Origin: Hydrolagus affinis
Taxonomy: Eukaryota
Length of the DNA: 64,000 nucleotides
Direction: 5' to 3'
Assembly: GCA_012026655.1 (NCBI GenBank)
Contig: JAAILG010000196.1
Span: 62,001-126,000 of the forward strand
The notes beneath the pieces were generated by a model. That model saw nothing but the letters and a program-made list of their open reading frames with translations. It searched no databases and was not told the origin of the DNA. Shown in pieces: positions 51,396 to 64,000 of this stretch (within the stretch, counting starts at the first letter, position 1; each line of letters begins with the position of its first letter). The translations under genes and the position numbers were made by a program.

Positions 51396-53257
51396 ATACT
51401 TCTGCAATAAGCCATTGATTAGGGAAGCTCAATTTCAGTTGTTAATGAAAGGTGCAAAAAGAAACTGTATAAAGTGGATAAAAATATGCTACTCTGTTTT
51501 AAACAACCAAAGAAAGTCAGTTTGTTCTGATTTTTTAATATTTATTGATACATACATAGTTTAATTCAATTTTTTTTGTACAGTAGTTTATTTGTAAATC
51601 TATAAGAATCTAGCATATTCAATATGTAATTATTACAATAATAAACAACAAAGTTACAAACATGATTTTTAATGCTGCAATCTTACTTCACTGTATCGTA
51701 CTGTACATATATTTATTTATCGTTCTCTAATCCATTGATTAGAAAGATTGTCCACAGGGTCATACGTTGGTTTTAGAATCACACCAGCTGCTGTTGAACT
51801 GTGAGTGGCTCCACAATCCCTGCAGACTGGCCTTCAGAGGACTCAAGGGAGTTCTGACTGGCAGCATGCCATAGCTACAAGTTTCTGCTCAACAATCAAA
51901 CCAACTGCACCCAACTATAATGCATGATGCAATAGTGTCTCGTGATTGTATGTCTGAGTAACGCCAGATTGCAGGGCGTTTTGGAAGAGTTTATTTATTG
52001 CTCCTGTGTGTGTTATGGTTGATGAAGTGACAGCAACCGTTCGCTGTCATTAATGAGACTATCTTTCTCTGCAGACTTTATCTCGTACTGTGCTACGCAT
52101 TGGTGGAGGAGAATCCTGCTTAAGGTATGAAGCTCGCTTATGGCTGAACCTCAAATTGGATCACTTTGTCATCGTCATCGTTTCCAAGATTGCAATGGAT
52201 CTTGGAACAATGCCAAACCACTGCATTTGAAAATCCAAGGAACATGTTAGGGACCAATTTTTTTTTACTTGAAACATAACCAACAAACAGAAAGGCAAAA
52301 TCTCACAGTGATATTGACAAGACTATTAAAAGCAAAAACTTATGAAATTGCAGGATTATTTTTCCATTCATTATTAAAATACTGGAGCAAGAAAATTCTA
52401 ATTTTCATATCAGAAATAGGAAACTCAAAATGTGTTGTCTCACCCTACCAGAAGACTGAATAATTTGAGGAGGAAAGAGCCAGCACATTTTTTTTCTGTA
52501 CATTTTTTTAAAAAAGTTTCTCTACTGTTTTTGATCACAAGAAATATTGCATTGTCAGGCATTTTGATTCTCATGTATGATAAGCAATAGCCTCAATTTT
52601 TAAAACCCTTGTTAATTAGGTGCATTCATCACTTCAGCCATTGGCAAAAGCACTTCACTTTGTCACCATTTGAATACTTTTAATATAAGATGCTTTTTGC
52701 ATGACTTAACCATTCTCATTTTGTACTATTTAACCATTAGTCAGCCTGAATCAGCATACAAGTGCTGCTCTCCTTAGCATGGAGTACCACACCCATTCCA
52801 GACCTAAAACTGGTAGCTTTATTGTCAAGCTTAAAAAAAGTCAAAGCCAATGAGGTATCAAGCAAAAGGCCCCAGTGTGGGAAACCAGAAGAATCACACT
52901 GAGGCAATCTCTGGTACCTCTTGGCACATATACAATGCCACATTGTCAGGAGATTGGGAGCAGGCCATATGTCTGTACTCCCAGCTCCAGTCATTATACC
53001 AGACAGATATAGAAAACCGGGTAAAAATACACAAAATAAAAAGTGAACATAACTAAATACATTATCTCCAGAAAAATAAAATTCTGCAAAAATAGGGAAA
53101 ATAATGTGTAAGCTTTTATATCAATAATTGACAGTGAAGCACATTGAATCTTGGGCCTCTTTAAATCTTTATCTGCTGAAATCTAAAGATGCTCAAGTGT
53201 TTAGGATGATTAAAATAAATGAAACAAAAAGTGGAATCTATATAATAAAAATAAACC

Positions 53258-53432
53258 TTCAATTTGATATAGCACACTACCATATTGTCTAGATATGGAT
53301 AATATCTAGTAATTTGGGACGTCCTCCTGATATGAAAAGCGCTATACAAATGTAATTTTGTTGTTGTTGTCTCAATGTACTTCAAAGGATACACTGTAAA
53401 GTGGTGTGACTGCATGTATTTTGTGGGCAAAA
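53258..53432. mobile_element. old SINE tail (minus) interrupted by a short L2 tail (plus)
   Basis: tttgatatagcac...[tttgggacgtcctcctgatatgaaaagcgctatacaaatgtaattttgttgttgtt]gtctcaa..cactgtaaagtg..ttgtgggcaaa. Confidence 0.65.
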
Positions 53433-54914
53433 ATACATACACGGTAAGAAAATGCTTTTTTTTTTTCAGTTTCCCAAGGAACTGCAGATGAGATATGACT
53501 ATGGAACAAAAGCCAAATGAATAGCTATTCAAAGCTGAAACAATAGCGAGATCAACCACTGGCTAAAAAGCCTCTAATGTTTGAAGTTGGGTATTATCAC
53601 AAAAACACAGCAACTGCATGCTTTCCATATTAGGTCATTGCAAAGGTAATGTCACACAAAAGGTGTACCTGATTGTAAATAGAACAAGTAACCCGATTAT
53701 CATCTTTCAAACTTTTGCTACCTGAGATGAGCCAAACCTTAACCATACTCTCTCTTTGTACTTCCACGTTATTTGTTCCATACCAAGTTAAAGATTTAAC
53801 TCGCTGTGTAGAATGCCAAAGTAAACCTGCTTATAAAACCCACGCAACCGGTTCTCTTCCTTGTGACAGTGACAAAAGCAACATTTCAGAAATATTCCAT
53901 TATATCAGCTCAATTTATAAAATGTTTGTAGCCAATAACACTATGAAACAATAAAATACACTCGAAATATTCAGTGGGTTGATGAACAATCAAAGGCGAA
54001 AGGTGAGTGTGATTCTTTTGCAAAATGGGTCACAAAAGTTTCTCATTTCATTAGTTACAGAATTTAAATAATGCTTGTGACCAGACACCTTAACTTTTCC
54101 AGGAATCACTAGTAAATTCAAATTTGCTCTTAGCACTACAGAAACATACCAAATTACTCATAACACTGTTCATGTAAAAGAGTCTGCCAAACTAGACCAA
54201 AATACCACAACAAAAAAGTAACCATTCAGCAAATAGCATGAGAATGGAATACACATCACATGTACATGGATCAAAATGGAAAATGGGTTTCATTACGCTG
54301 CAAATCTCAACTCATGAATTCATACTCAAAATGTCCTGTATACATCATCTATGCCCAATAATAAACTACACACTCTAACCCAGTTGAATTATCTGAAACA
54401 CTATTGTTAGTCCACCAAAGGTCATACTGCCGTTTAAGTGTGTAACTCCATAAATTAATTTGCACAAAACAAAAAAAAGCGAAAAACAGAAGTTGGCAAT
54501 ACTGTAATACAGCTTTACTGCTTTGAAGATAAAAAGGACAAGTTATAAAATATCAGTATAATACATCAGTATAGTAATGCCAGTTTCTCAGATAATTAGA
54601 TGTTCCCTTTGATAATGTATAAATTGATAATTAGAGATACAGTATAAAGTAATGTACTTAAAAATGGTATACAGTATACTACAACGTACTGTCAAGCAGA
54701 GCAGTTTAAAAGAATGTCTACTAATCTTTCTCCCTTCTTGTTGAGTTGTATAGATCCCTAATTTATCAAGAATATATTGCTAATGTACAATTTAATAGAA
54801 CAAAGCCTTAACTTAAGATGTAGAAATACTTGAAAACTTGCAATGATGCTGTGAATTGGATTTACATAGAACATGTCTTTATTTAATCTATTCATCAAAC
54901 ACACAGGTGTACTC

Positions 54915-55142
54915 TCTCTCTACATGCCATGCCATCCTTGCTCTGTACTCCCTTCCTCACTCCCTTCGCCTCGCTCCCTCTCTTCCTAGTTTCAAGTCTC
55001 GGCTAAAGACCTTTTTGTTCGAACGCAACTTTGGTCACCTTTTCCATCCTCACTGGCTGGGGCCCGGGATCTGACATTGTGAAGCGCTCTGAGATGCCGT
55101 CCGGCATGCAGAGAGCTATATAAATTGAAGTTGTTGTTGTTG
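54915..55142 (+). mobile_element. L2 3' end (same subfamily as 7066)
   Basis: L.SLPHSLRLAPSLPSFKSRLKTFLF, then gggcccgggatc, the stem-loop gctct...agagc and a (TTG)n tail. Confidence 0.85.
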
Positions 55143-55544
55143 CTGCTGACCATTTAATTATCCTAAGATAATTTTCCAAAGGTTGGAAATTTTCAAGCCT
55201 TGGAGGATGAGAACATCCTATTGCCCACTGGTACATAAATTTATCGATCTTGACAGGTGGAATGTAAAATGGAATTTCTATTGTGAGAATAGCATGGAAT
55301 ATATAACTATCTACTGACAAAGCATGCTCTGGTCTGCATAATCTTAAATCGGATAACTGGCATATTCAGTCCAATAAAATTCAGCAGCTTGCTTTGGTAG
55401 AACTATTTTTAGTTTTCAAACCATGACAGATGTTGCAGCTCTCCAGTGTTAATTAAAAAAAACTACCATCAGTGGCATCCTGTGATTTCTGCCCTTTACT
55501 ACAACTGACAGAAAACTCAACAAGTAGCAGTCAGTATCATCAAT

Positions 55545-55700
55545 CATAAAATCTTACGGCATAAAAGGAGGCCATTCGGCCCATCGAGTCTGTGCCGGCT
55601 CTTTGAAAAGAACAACTCAATCACACTCCCCAGCTCTCTCCCCATAACCGTGCAAACCTGTCCTCCCCAAATAAACATCTACCTCTCTTTTAAAAGTAGT
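55545..55700 (-). mobile_element. CR1 3' UTR fragment
   Basis: ggaggccattcggcccatcgagtctgtgccggctctttgaa...cccagctctctccccataacc is the reverse complement of the tail at 3960-4070. Confidence 0.85.
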
Positions 55701-56209
55701 GTGAAAAAAAAGTGTTTGTTAAAGTTATCTGAATTAAGTGCTTTATAATTCTGGCTTTAGAACACATGACCACCTTATACTTCTGGCACGAGAGCATGAC
55801 TTCCAACCAGGTGATCAAAGGTTGTAGTCCAGAGTGCAGCTGGCACTGCTGACTAGCTTCATCAGATCATAGAATAGAATAGAGGCAGTAGTTCTCTACA
55901 GTAGTAGGTTGCGTTGAAAATAAATCCCTGTTGTAGCATGTGCCCTATGAACAGATCTCTTTGTAGGCTCCAAAAAATGTACGCTAATGCCAAGTACAGT
56001 ATTGTAAAGAACAGCTGCCAATCTTTCATTTCTCTCATCAGTTAGCTCCGCTAACAACTCAGCCAAAAAAAAATTATGCTGGGACGAGGGAAAAGCCATC
56101 AGATCCCCAAAATGAGCAAAGACTGTATTTCAAACCAGAAATTTCCTAGTCCATGAGTCAGCTTCCTGGCATACTCTTGTGAGAAGGGAAGAGGAAGAAG
56201 TTGATAATT

Positions 56210-56325
56210 TTGTCGCCCACAAAATATATAGTCAATTCACTTTACAGTATATTCCATTAAGTATTTTGAGACATCTCAAAGATGTGATAAAGCTCTATAT
56301 CAAATGCAAGGATTATTAATTATTA
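56210..56325 (+). mobile_element. SINE 3' fragment
   Basis: cgcccacaaaat..agtcaattcactttacagtatatt..tatatcaaatgcaaggattatt. Confidence 0.8.
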
Positions 56326-56747
56326 GAATGATCAGTTCAAACTCTTCTCAAGCATAACTGTGGCATTCTAACTTTGCTCATTTTCCTCCCACTCTCCTGA
56401 AGACACAGGGTGGTGCTGCATTATCCAGGCACTAGCAGCTCTCTGGTACCTTATTCAAGCGATGATTCATCATGTATATGTGTAGACAGCGAGTATAGGC
56501 TTGATATTCAACCATGCAACACATCACAGCCCAGCTCATTCCCTTTTCACTCAGCATTCACACATATAAATTGCCAGGGTTGTGTGATAGTGATCAGAAG
56601 TGAGAACACAGGATATCTTCCCTCTCCCTGAACCAAGGCTGACACCAAGTCAAATTATAGTATCACAATTTTGCCCTACCTCTTCTCTGCATGTCTTAGC
56701 ATTATACAAAGCAGTGCCTTTGCTCGTCATACTTCTTACACTAAAGC

Positions 56748-57165
56748 AAACAATTAGCATTTTTGTATACCGCCTTTCACGTCGAGAGGACGTCCCAAGG
56801 AGCTATACAGTCAGGTAGGGACAAGAGCAGGGGGGGAGGGGTCGGGGCAGGATGAAGGAGAGTAGGAGAATTGACTGTATATTTGTGGGTGAAACACAGC
56901 AGCCAAATTGCGCACAGCAGTGTCCCACAAAGTCATAGAAGTGGGATTAGGGGAGAAAGGGGGAAAAGAGGGGCAGGGGGTAGAGATGGCAAGGGGAGGG
57001 GTCGGTGTAGGGGGTAGGGGAGCAGGAAAACCACCTGTATATTTGTGGGTGAAACGCGGCAGCCAAATTGCGCACAGCAGTGTCCCACAAACAGTCGCGG
57101 AAATGGGGCCAGGGGAGAAAGGGGGAAAAGAGGGTAAGGGGGAAGAGGGAGGGAAGGGTGGGGTA
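56748..57165 (-). mobile_element. chimaeric retroposon: L2-type tail plus two tandem Deu-core/polypurine units
   Basis: The L2 stem-loop cgcctttcacgtcgagaggacgtcccaagg is followed by two roughly 160-bp units, each tgtatatttgtgggtgaaac..gcagccaaattgcgcacagcagtgtcccacaaa + ggggagaaagggggaaaagaggg. Confidence 0.7.
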
Positions 57166-57257
57166 AAGTCATGTATGTCCCAAGGTGCTGATCATTGGGT
57201 ACACCCATATTATCTAATGAATTCTAAGAACATACAAAGTAGAGTACATATCTGACG

Positions 57258-57318
57258 TTCTTTGAGACATCTCAATGACATGACAAGGCGCAATATAAAA
57301 TGCAAGGATTATTATTAT
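57258..57318 (+). mobile_element. short SINE tail
   Basis: tttgagacatctcaatgacatgacaaggcgcaatataaaatgcaaggattattatta. Confidence 0.7.
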
Positions 57319-60215
57319 ATTTAAGAATCATTTTTAACTGAAGATTAAAGCTAATAGGAAAACTTTTTTCTTCTTCAAGAAAACATGAATGTTATATAAC
57401 CCGATCTGAAAATATTTTAAAAATAATATTGTGCACTACAAGATGCCAAAAACTCAATTACATGCGGCTTTCATCCACACGGCAAAGAATTTACAGCAGA
57501 TGGATAGCACATTTTATACTGAACCTAAATTATTACTTTGCCAACATTAAAAAAAATGGAATTCAGATGTTAAAAAGTTAAGTAAAGATCTTAAACTGCT
57601 ATTTTTGGTCTTCGGTGTAATGCAATACACTAATCCTGTGATATTTTAATAAATCAGGTATGTGGCAAAAAATGCACATAATCTCAGCAACGTTGACTTA
57701 AAAGTCACATAGGCAAAACTGTTAGAAATGCAAAGATAAAATTTCAATAGAAATTTACATATAAATGAAACAAACTTCTTCAAATAGAAAATGTGTTCAC
57801 CATGACTAACTTTACAATATCAAATTCTACAAATATTAAAGTGAAGGAAAAGCATTTAGGCACATTAGATACATACAATTCAGGTTGCAATTCAGTTAAC
57901 TATGTTCTTCGAATCAAGTTCTACTCCTGCAAAACATTTGTCATGTGAAAATATATACAAGAATGTTTTCTTCAAACAATGATGTTAAAAGCACTGTAAT
58001 TTTTAAAACCTTTATATAAATAAATTCAACAAATTAAATTTAGCGAAAAACATTTCCCCAAACATTAACATGAAACAAATATAAAAACCATTCAACAAAT
58101 TATGAAGTAACCACTGAAATTTTTCAAACAGGTATTTCATACATTAAATATCGCAGTAATCAGTGGGAACATTGGGCTCCCACTTTCATTCAAACCATAC
58201 ATTTTACCTTAGACTTTTATCTTCATAATGGTAAATATGCAATCTGGTATGGTATCAAGCAAAGTCTAAGGGTTGTTCTCTGACCCGTGCTGACAATACA
58301 TTTGATTTCTTACTAAAAAAAAGACATTCAAAATGGGGCTATAATCATGTTGAGGCACTGAATCAGAAATATAAATGATCACAGCCATGGATGGACCTTA
58401 TCTGGATTTGAGAAAAAGAATTTCATTTTTCCCTTAAGTCATTATTAAACTAAATTTGTTAAACCAAGAGCACAGCTTTTCCTCAGCCAGGAACCAAGGT
58501 AGACAGCTGTTCAGCTATTTTTTTGGCAGGTTTGTTTATAACCATTTTTTTTTAAATCACAAGCTGTCCCGACAATAGCTTCCATAAGCAAGTATACAAA
58601 TGAATAAATCATTTTACTTCCTGAATGTCTTCCTACTTTTATTTGACCTATCATGCAAACATTAGTTATGTCCACGCAAAATATTTCAAGCAATGCAGAG
58701 GTATGAAAATATTCAGTATATCATTGTTCTCTGACAAAACAAATCTGGCAAAACAAGCCGCAATGCTTTCTCTTTGTTTTAATACTTACCCATCAATAGA
58801 ATCACAAAGTCAAAGAAAGGAAATTCTAGTACTTCTAACCATTTAATACCCAAGCAACTATTCCTTCTACCCCGAAAGGCAACAATAGATACTAAACACT
58901 GGGAATTCTGAGAGAGTGGACTGACTTCCAATCCATCTTGCCCAGCACACTAAATCCCAGTTGGCCAAGAAAATAAATGTCCAGATGTTGTAAAGTAATC
59001 CTTCATTATTATTCCTTGGGCATAAGGTACGAACAACATAGGATAAAAAGTGAATAAGACTCAATAACTGATTAGAACCATTAAATAGTAATAACTGCAA
59101 CTTCCCAGTGGGTGCCTCACAGCAAAGTGGGATTAATCAAAATCGTTGCCAAACGTATGGCACAACTGCAAACACTAACACCTGCAAAATGCCTCTTATT
59201 ATATTTCTAAATTAATGCAAAACATTTTGCTCCAAACACTGAAACGCTTTTAAAGATAGAAATAAATGAACAATGATCAAATATGTTGCTTAATCAGATT
59301 TTGGGGGAGTTGCTCTTAAACAATAAAGAACTGGACATTATATATATTATAGAACACCATTGAAATTTTGCCTGCAAAAAATCTTAAGATTGAATAAGTT
59401 TACTCAATGCTACTAGTTTAAAACAAACTCCTTTCTAAAATTAGGTTGAACATTGCTTCAAACAAACTGAACAAACCAACTGCAGTAATGAAGATTTAAT
59501 AACTCAAGTTAATTTTTTTTAAAAAGTGATAAAAGACAACAGGTAATAATCACAGGAGTTCAAAATTCCAACTTCTCTCTTTTTACAGGCCACCAAAGTC
59601 TTACATTCATTGACTGTGAGGTGCGCCGATGAAGAAATTCTGCTACAGCACTCTACATTCCAGCTTTTCTTCAGCTTCCCAGCGGCTACAACATAAAAAA
59701 ACATGACAGGGAAGGATTGCAAACACTGCACTGAGATCATATTTACTATCAGTCCTGGTTTGTCCTTGCTCTTTCGTCAGGGCTAATTTGCATAAAATTT
59801 GGGTACGTTTGGTCTGTCAAAGCATAAGAGGATTCAGGCTCACGATTGGAGAAAACCACTTACCTTTTAACTCTTGACATACTGGTTCATGTTTTAAGGC
59901 AATTCTGATATGAAAACCGTGGGAGAAAAATACTTCAAAAATGCAGACTGTGGTTTACAAAACTAAATGTATTGCTCTATTTAAAATGGATCAATATTTA
60001 AAATGTCATGATATATAGACTCTTAAATATCATTCTAAAATCTTCCGGGTTTGATTAAACAGCAATAAATAATCACTACTTCAGTTATGCTTGGCTATTT
60101 TCATTCAATTTTACCCACATTTATCTCAAATTGACCATTTCTTTAAAGTGCAATTCCAAGGCAAAGTTTCACCAATGGCAATGTGAATACAAGGTGTGAA
60201 CATTTATACGTGACC

Positions 60216-60283
60216 AACAACAACAACAACAAATTACACTTATAAAGCGCCTTTCACGTCGGGAGGACGTCCCAAGGCGCTGA
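60216..60283 (-). mobile_element. minimal L2 3' stem-loop insertion
   Basis: (aac)n aaattacacttataaagcgcctttcacgtcgggaggacgtcccaaggcgctg, flanked by TGACCA repeats. Confidence 0.85.
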
Positions 60284-62146
60284 CCACAGTATTACAGATG
60301 GCTACAGCACAGTACAAATTGATACTGTGTACCAGTGTACCCAATCATTATTGCTCAGTCAATAATGTTTTCCACAACTATTGATTTAGTTTAAAAGATA
60401 TAAATTATAACTGTTATTAATTTACATTGACCGTACAAAATTATATTTTAAACCATACAAGTTCTAGAGGATGAGAGCCTTTTCTGTTTTAGTTTATATG
60501 ATTAACTATCATTATGTACATTTTACTACATTGAATATTCTATCCTATAGAACTGTTCAAAATCAAGAAATATTTATATGTTATATTAATCTGTACTGAA
60601 TGTTAATCATATAGAATGTAGATCAAGGCATATTTTTGTATTGTAACTTGGAAACCTTGAAAATATTTTGTAGTGAATGTATGCAGAATCAGCAGCTGGC
60701 AAAAAAAACTCCCCTATCAAACAGAACTGTTATTAAAACATTTAATTATTGAGTGAAGAATCTGACTGGCAGGAGGTAAAATCGAAGAGATACCTGAGAG
60801 ACAGACCAATGACAAAAAAATTTACAATTATATATTCTTAAACTACACATTATTCGCATAAGAAATAAGAATACTCACTATCTTAGCTATTCTGGTTATT
60901 CATAGATAGATGCTTTTAGAAATAAAATATCATTGAAGTTTGAGATAAGAGGATGGATGACAGGAGGGCAAATCGCTAACAATTTCCCGAGGGGAACCCC
61001 GGTCAGGGTCATCCTTCCCATCAGATTAACAACTATAAATATGTATATTCAATCAGGAAGAGAATTATTAATGAAAGAGCTAAAGTCAAGATTTCCCATG
61101 TATAATTAATAGTATGCTGCAACAATGAAGATTATTAACCTTATCGCCCATTAATCATAATTAAAACTAGTGTCAGAGAAATAAAAAAGAATCTAAAGCA
61201 AATAAGATTTACATTTCAAAATTTAACAGGTGAGATTTTTTTCATCACCATGCAAAAATAAAACAATGCAAAAGGAAATCTTAGAAATTCACTTAGTACA
61301 GTACTATATTAGCTCTAATTTATTATTCTGTTTTCACGTGTTAACACAAGCTACAGTTAAGAAATTACTACAAATTTTATAATTTCATAAATTATTCTTT
61401 GTGTTAATTTTATCTCAAGGCTTCCTGAAATGATACCGGTAATCCTATCCTGGTTATCACACAATATCTATTTACCTAATCTTCACCAATATGTATTCCC
61501 TTATATGTTGCAATGTTAAAATCATTGTGGATTGAGTGACATTTTTTTTTTAAAAAAAGGGATTATTAGCCCCGGAAAAGCAATCCAACAATCGACTAAC
61601 AAGTTGATCACAATAATTGATAAATATTGTGTTGTGAACAACAAACATCTCAGGACTGAACACAGGATACGATCCAAAAACACAGGTGTCCAATTAAAAC
61701 TAGTACCACTGATCAATGCACTTTGTTTCCTTTTATTCAGCCAATTTACAGACAGACCCTACTATAGTGTACTGTGTACACCGTTTGTATTTGTCAGAAC
61801 TCAAAACCAGATATAACGTGGTTTTATCAAAGACCCTCAGCAGACCAGAAGTGCAGTAGACTTCCAGCGCTCACTGGCTGGCTTTGTGTATATAGTGTGC
61901 AGATGGGGAAGGCTTCCCTGTGTAAGCATCATTCATGTGGAACACTTGTGAGAGTGGTCGCCGCTGACAGGCTTGCTTCCTCAGCATCTGTACAGTTTAT
62001 TAGTGTCAGCAGCGTTCTGACCACCTCAGAGCGCAGGCTGAAAAACATTTTTATAATGCAAGCCATTATAGCATGGGTTCCAATTTTATAGATACAGACA
62101 AATGTGATAACAAGTTCCAATTATTATTGATATTACTAAGAAAATA

Positions 62147-62479
62147 CAGTCCTACCCACTTATGTTGAACCAGTTTATTTTGACATCTCACCTATGTCCA
62201 CAAAAAAGTGAAGTCCTGGTCCCTTCTCTGCATATCAACACAGAATTTACCATGTATGTCAACACAAACTTTGCCACACTTAAATCAACAATTTTTTCAA
62301 GTCCCTAACAGCATTACCTGCGTTCTCACAATTACCACTTGCGTCTCCAAGCTTTTATCCTTGCGTGTAACACCCGTCAATGAGTGTATGATTGAGGCAG
62401 TGTGACGCATACATGTGTGAGTTAGTGAGAATGGCTTGTGAGTGCACTTGAGTGTGTGTGACATAAGCGGGTGGAACTA
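62147..62479. mobile_element. old Tc1/pogo (Tigger-like) MITE
   Basis: Imperfect TIRs TA|CAGTCCTACCCACTTATGT and ACATAAGCGGGTGGAACTA. Confidence 0.6.
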
Positions 62480-63707
62480 TTAATATTATGTGTTGACCTA
62501 TTTGCAACACACGTATTCCACTTAAGAGTTTTCACTTGAGCTACAAGTCTCTTCTGAAGAACTTCTTCAAAACACCATCTAAAACCTTAGATATCCATTT
62601 GGCAGTTCCTGGCTTTCATAAGCCATTTTTTTTGGCTTGGATCCTTTGCCTCATATTATTCTCGTTTTATATATACTCATATTACTTTCTTTCTAATACA
62701 AGCCAATGATTTTCCTATTACCGAAGCCAAGCTTACTAACCTGCAATTTTCAGGATTATGCTGGACTTTTGTTTTGAAAAAAAATGAAACCTTAGCTATT
62801 TTCCAGTCATCTGCTACCACTCTTGACCCCAAATGATTTTAGCAACAGCTCCCCAATAATCTTGGATCCATGCCATCCAACGAGTGTATTTCCCTTATGA
62901 ATAAGCAAGTATTCATTTTATTAGAAATAAACTACCTTCTCCATAAATTCAAATACACTGACCAACTTTCAGGAAAATTAACAATTTCTGTTATGAAAAA
63001 CATTTTTACAAAAAACAAAAATCCTCAATTTCTCCACACAAAGAAATATCAGATTTAATAGAATAAGTGCCCAAGAATCCTAAAACAGATCAATAGATGC
63101 ATTAATATCATGATGAAAATGGTGGATTGACACCAAGAATGAAAAAGTTAATGTTCGGTTTTAGCATTCTCCTTCAACAAGACAAAACAATTTAAATTTA
63201 TTTCTGTGGCTATAATTACAAAATTCCTGCTCTTTTTCACAGCTCGCCAAAATAAATTTTAGAAATATGGCAAAGAAAAAAATGAATAACACAGCTTGAT
63301 AAAATTGAAACTTCCAACACTTTGAAGATGTCTCCTCTTGTCTTATTCTGCCTTGATCTGAATAATGCTTGGTATGGTAATTAATAGTTATGTCACTATA
63401 GTTTAGTTTCTTTCCGCTTTGTATTTGTTACGATTTCATTCATTCATTCAACAACAAAATTACAGTTGTATGGAACCTTTTTCAAGTCATCCATTGAATA
63501 CCTTGCAAATATAAAACCAAATAATTGAAAGCAAGATCATACAATTACGTTCAGATTGTGAATTCTAAATCAGTGTCTAAAGTCATACAAATAAATGAAA
63601 TTTAACTTTTTTAAACTCCTTTTTCTAAAGACTTAAACATCCACTGTATATTAATAATATAGGACACTGTGTGTCCTTTAACAATCCTACCATTTGATAA
63701 TAAAATC

Positions 63708-63885
63708 AGTCCTTGTATTTGATATTTCCACATCAACTAGGCATCTAAAATTTGCCAGATTTTACTGTGCAGTGTACTGACTAGAGGCAATGCAGTAGCC
63801 AATTTGCACATATCAAGTACCACAACCAGACATCAAGAGAATTACCAATTTTTCAAATCTGGATTGATGTCCAGGACACAAGGAG
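63708..63885 (-). mobile_element. degraded Deu-type SINE fragment
   Basis: ccttgtatttgatat..gtagccaatttgcaca..ccacaa..ccaggacac. Confidence 0.5.
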
Positions 63886-64000
63886 ATATAAAAAGGTTCT
63901 AAAAGTGCACCTTAAAAACAAGTATTTTACAGGAACATGGGGAAAAGGCAAGAAAGAATTTCTCTTTAAATGAGCCAGCACATACAAAATGGGCCAAATG

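Noticed and set aside
35200-64000. Dozens of 60-130 aa ORFs upstream of the gene
   Set aside because: Composition is typical of random AT-rich or SINE-derived frames, with no recognisable protein motifs. Small exons of a neighbouring gene cannot be fully excluded by eye.

Overview
AT-rich, intron-dominated vertebrate genomic DNA. The repeat content (tRNA-headed SINEs with a Deu-type tail, L2 and CR1 LINE 3' ends) suggests a cartilaginous fish, probably a chimaera (inference). The only recognisable protein-coding gene is the 5' part of a PLEKHG4 (puratrophin-1)/PLEKHG4B/ARHGEF40-family RhoGEF on the minus strand. Six GT-AG exons with mutually compatible phases run from 19839 down to 2029, including one 2596-nt exon. 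A probable ATG-only first coding exon lies at about 34895, and a possible internal alternative first exon at about 6176. The spectrin/DH/PH exons should lie beyond position 1. The rest is intron or upstream DNA full of SINEs, truncated LINEs and small non-autonomous DNA transposons (hAT, Tc1/pogo-Tigger-like). I found no CRISPR array, rRNA, true tRNA gene or convincing new multi-gene system. The best leads are the alternative first exons, a conserved Tyr motif in the giant exon, and unusual SINE/L2 chimaeras and minimal L2 insertions. All family assignments come from recognised motifs, not database searches.
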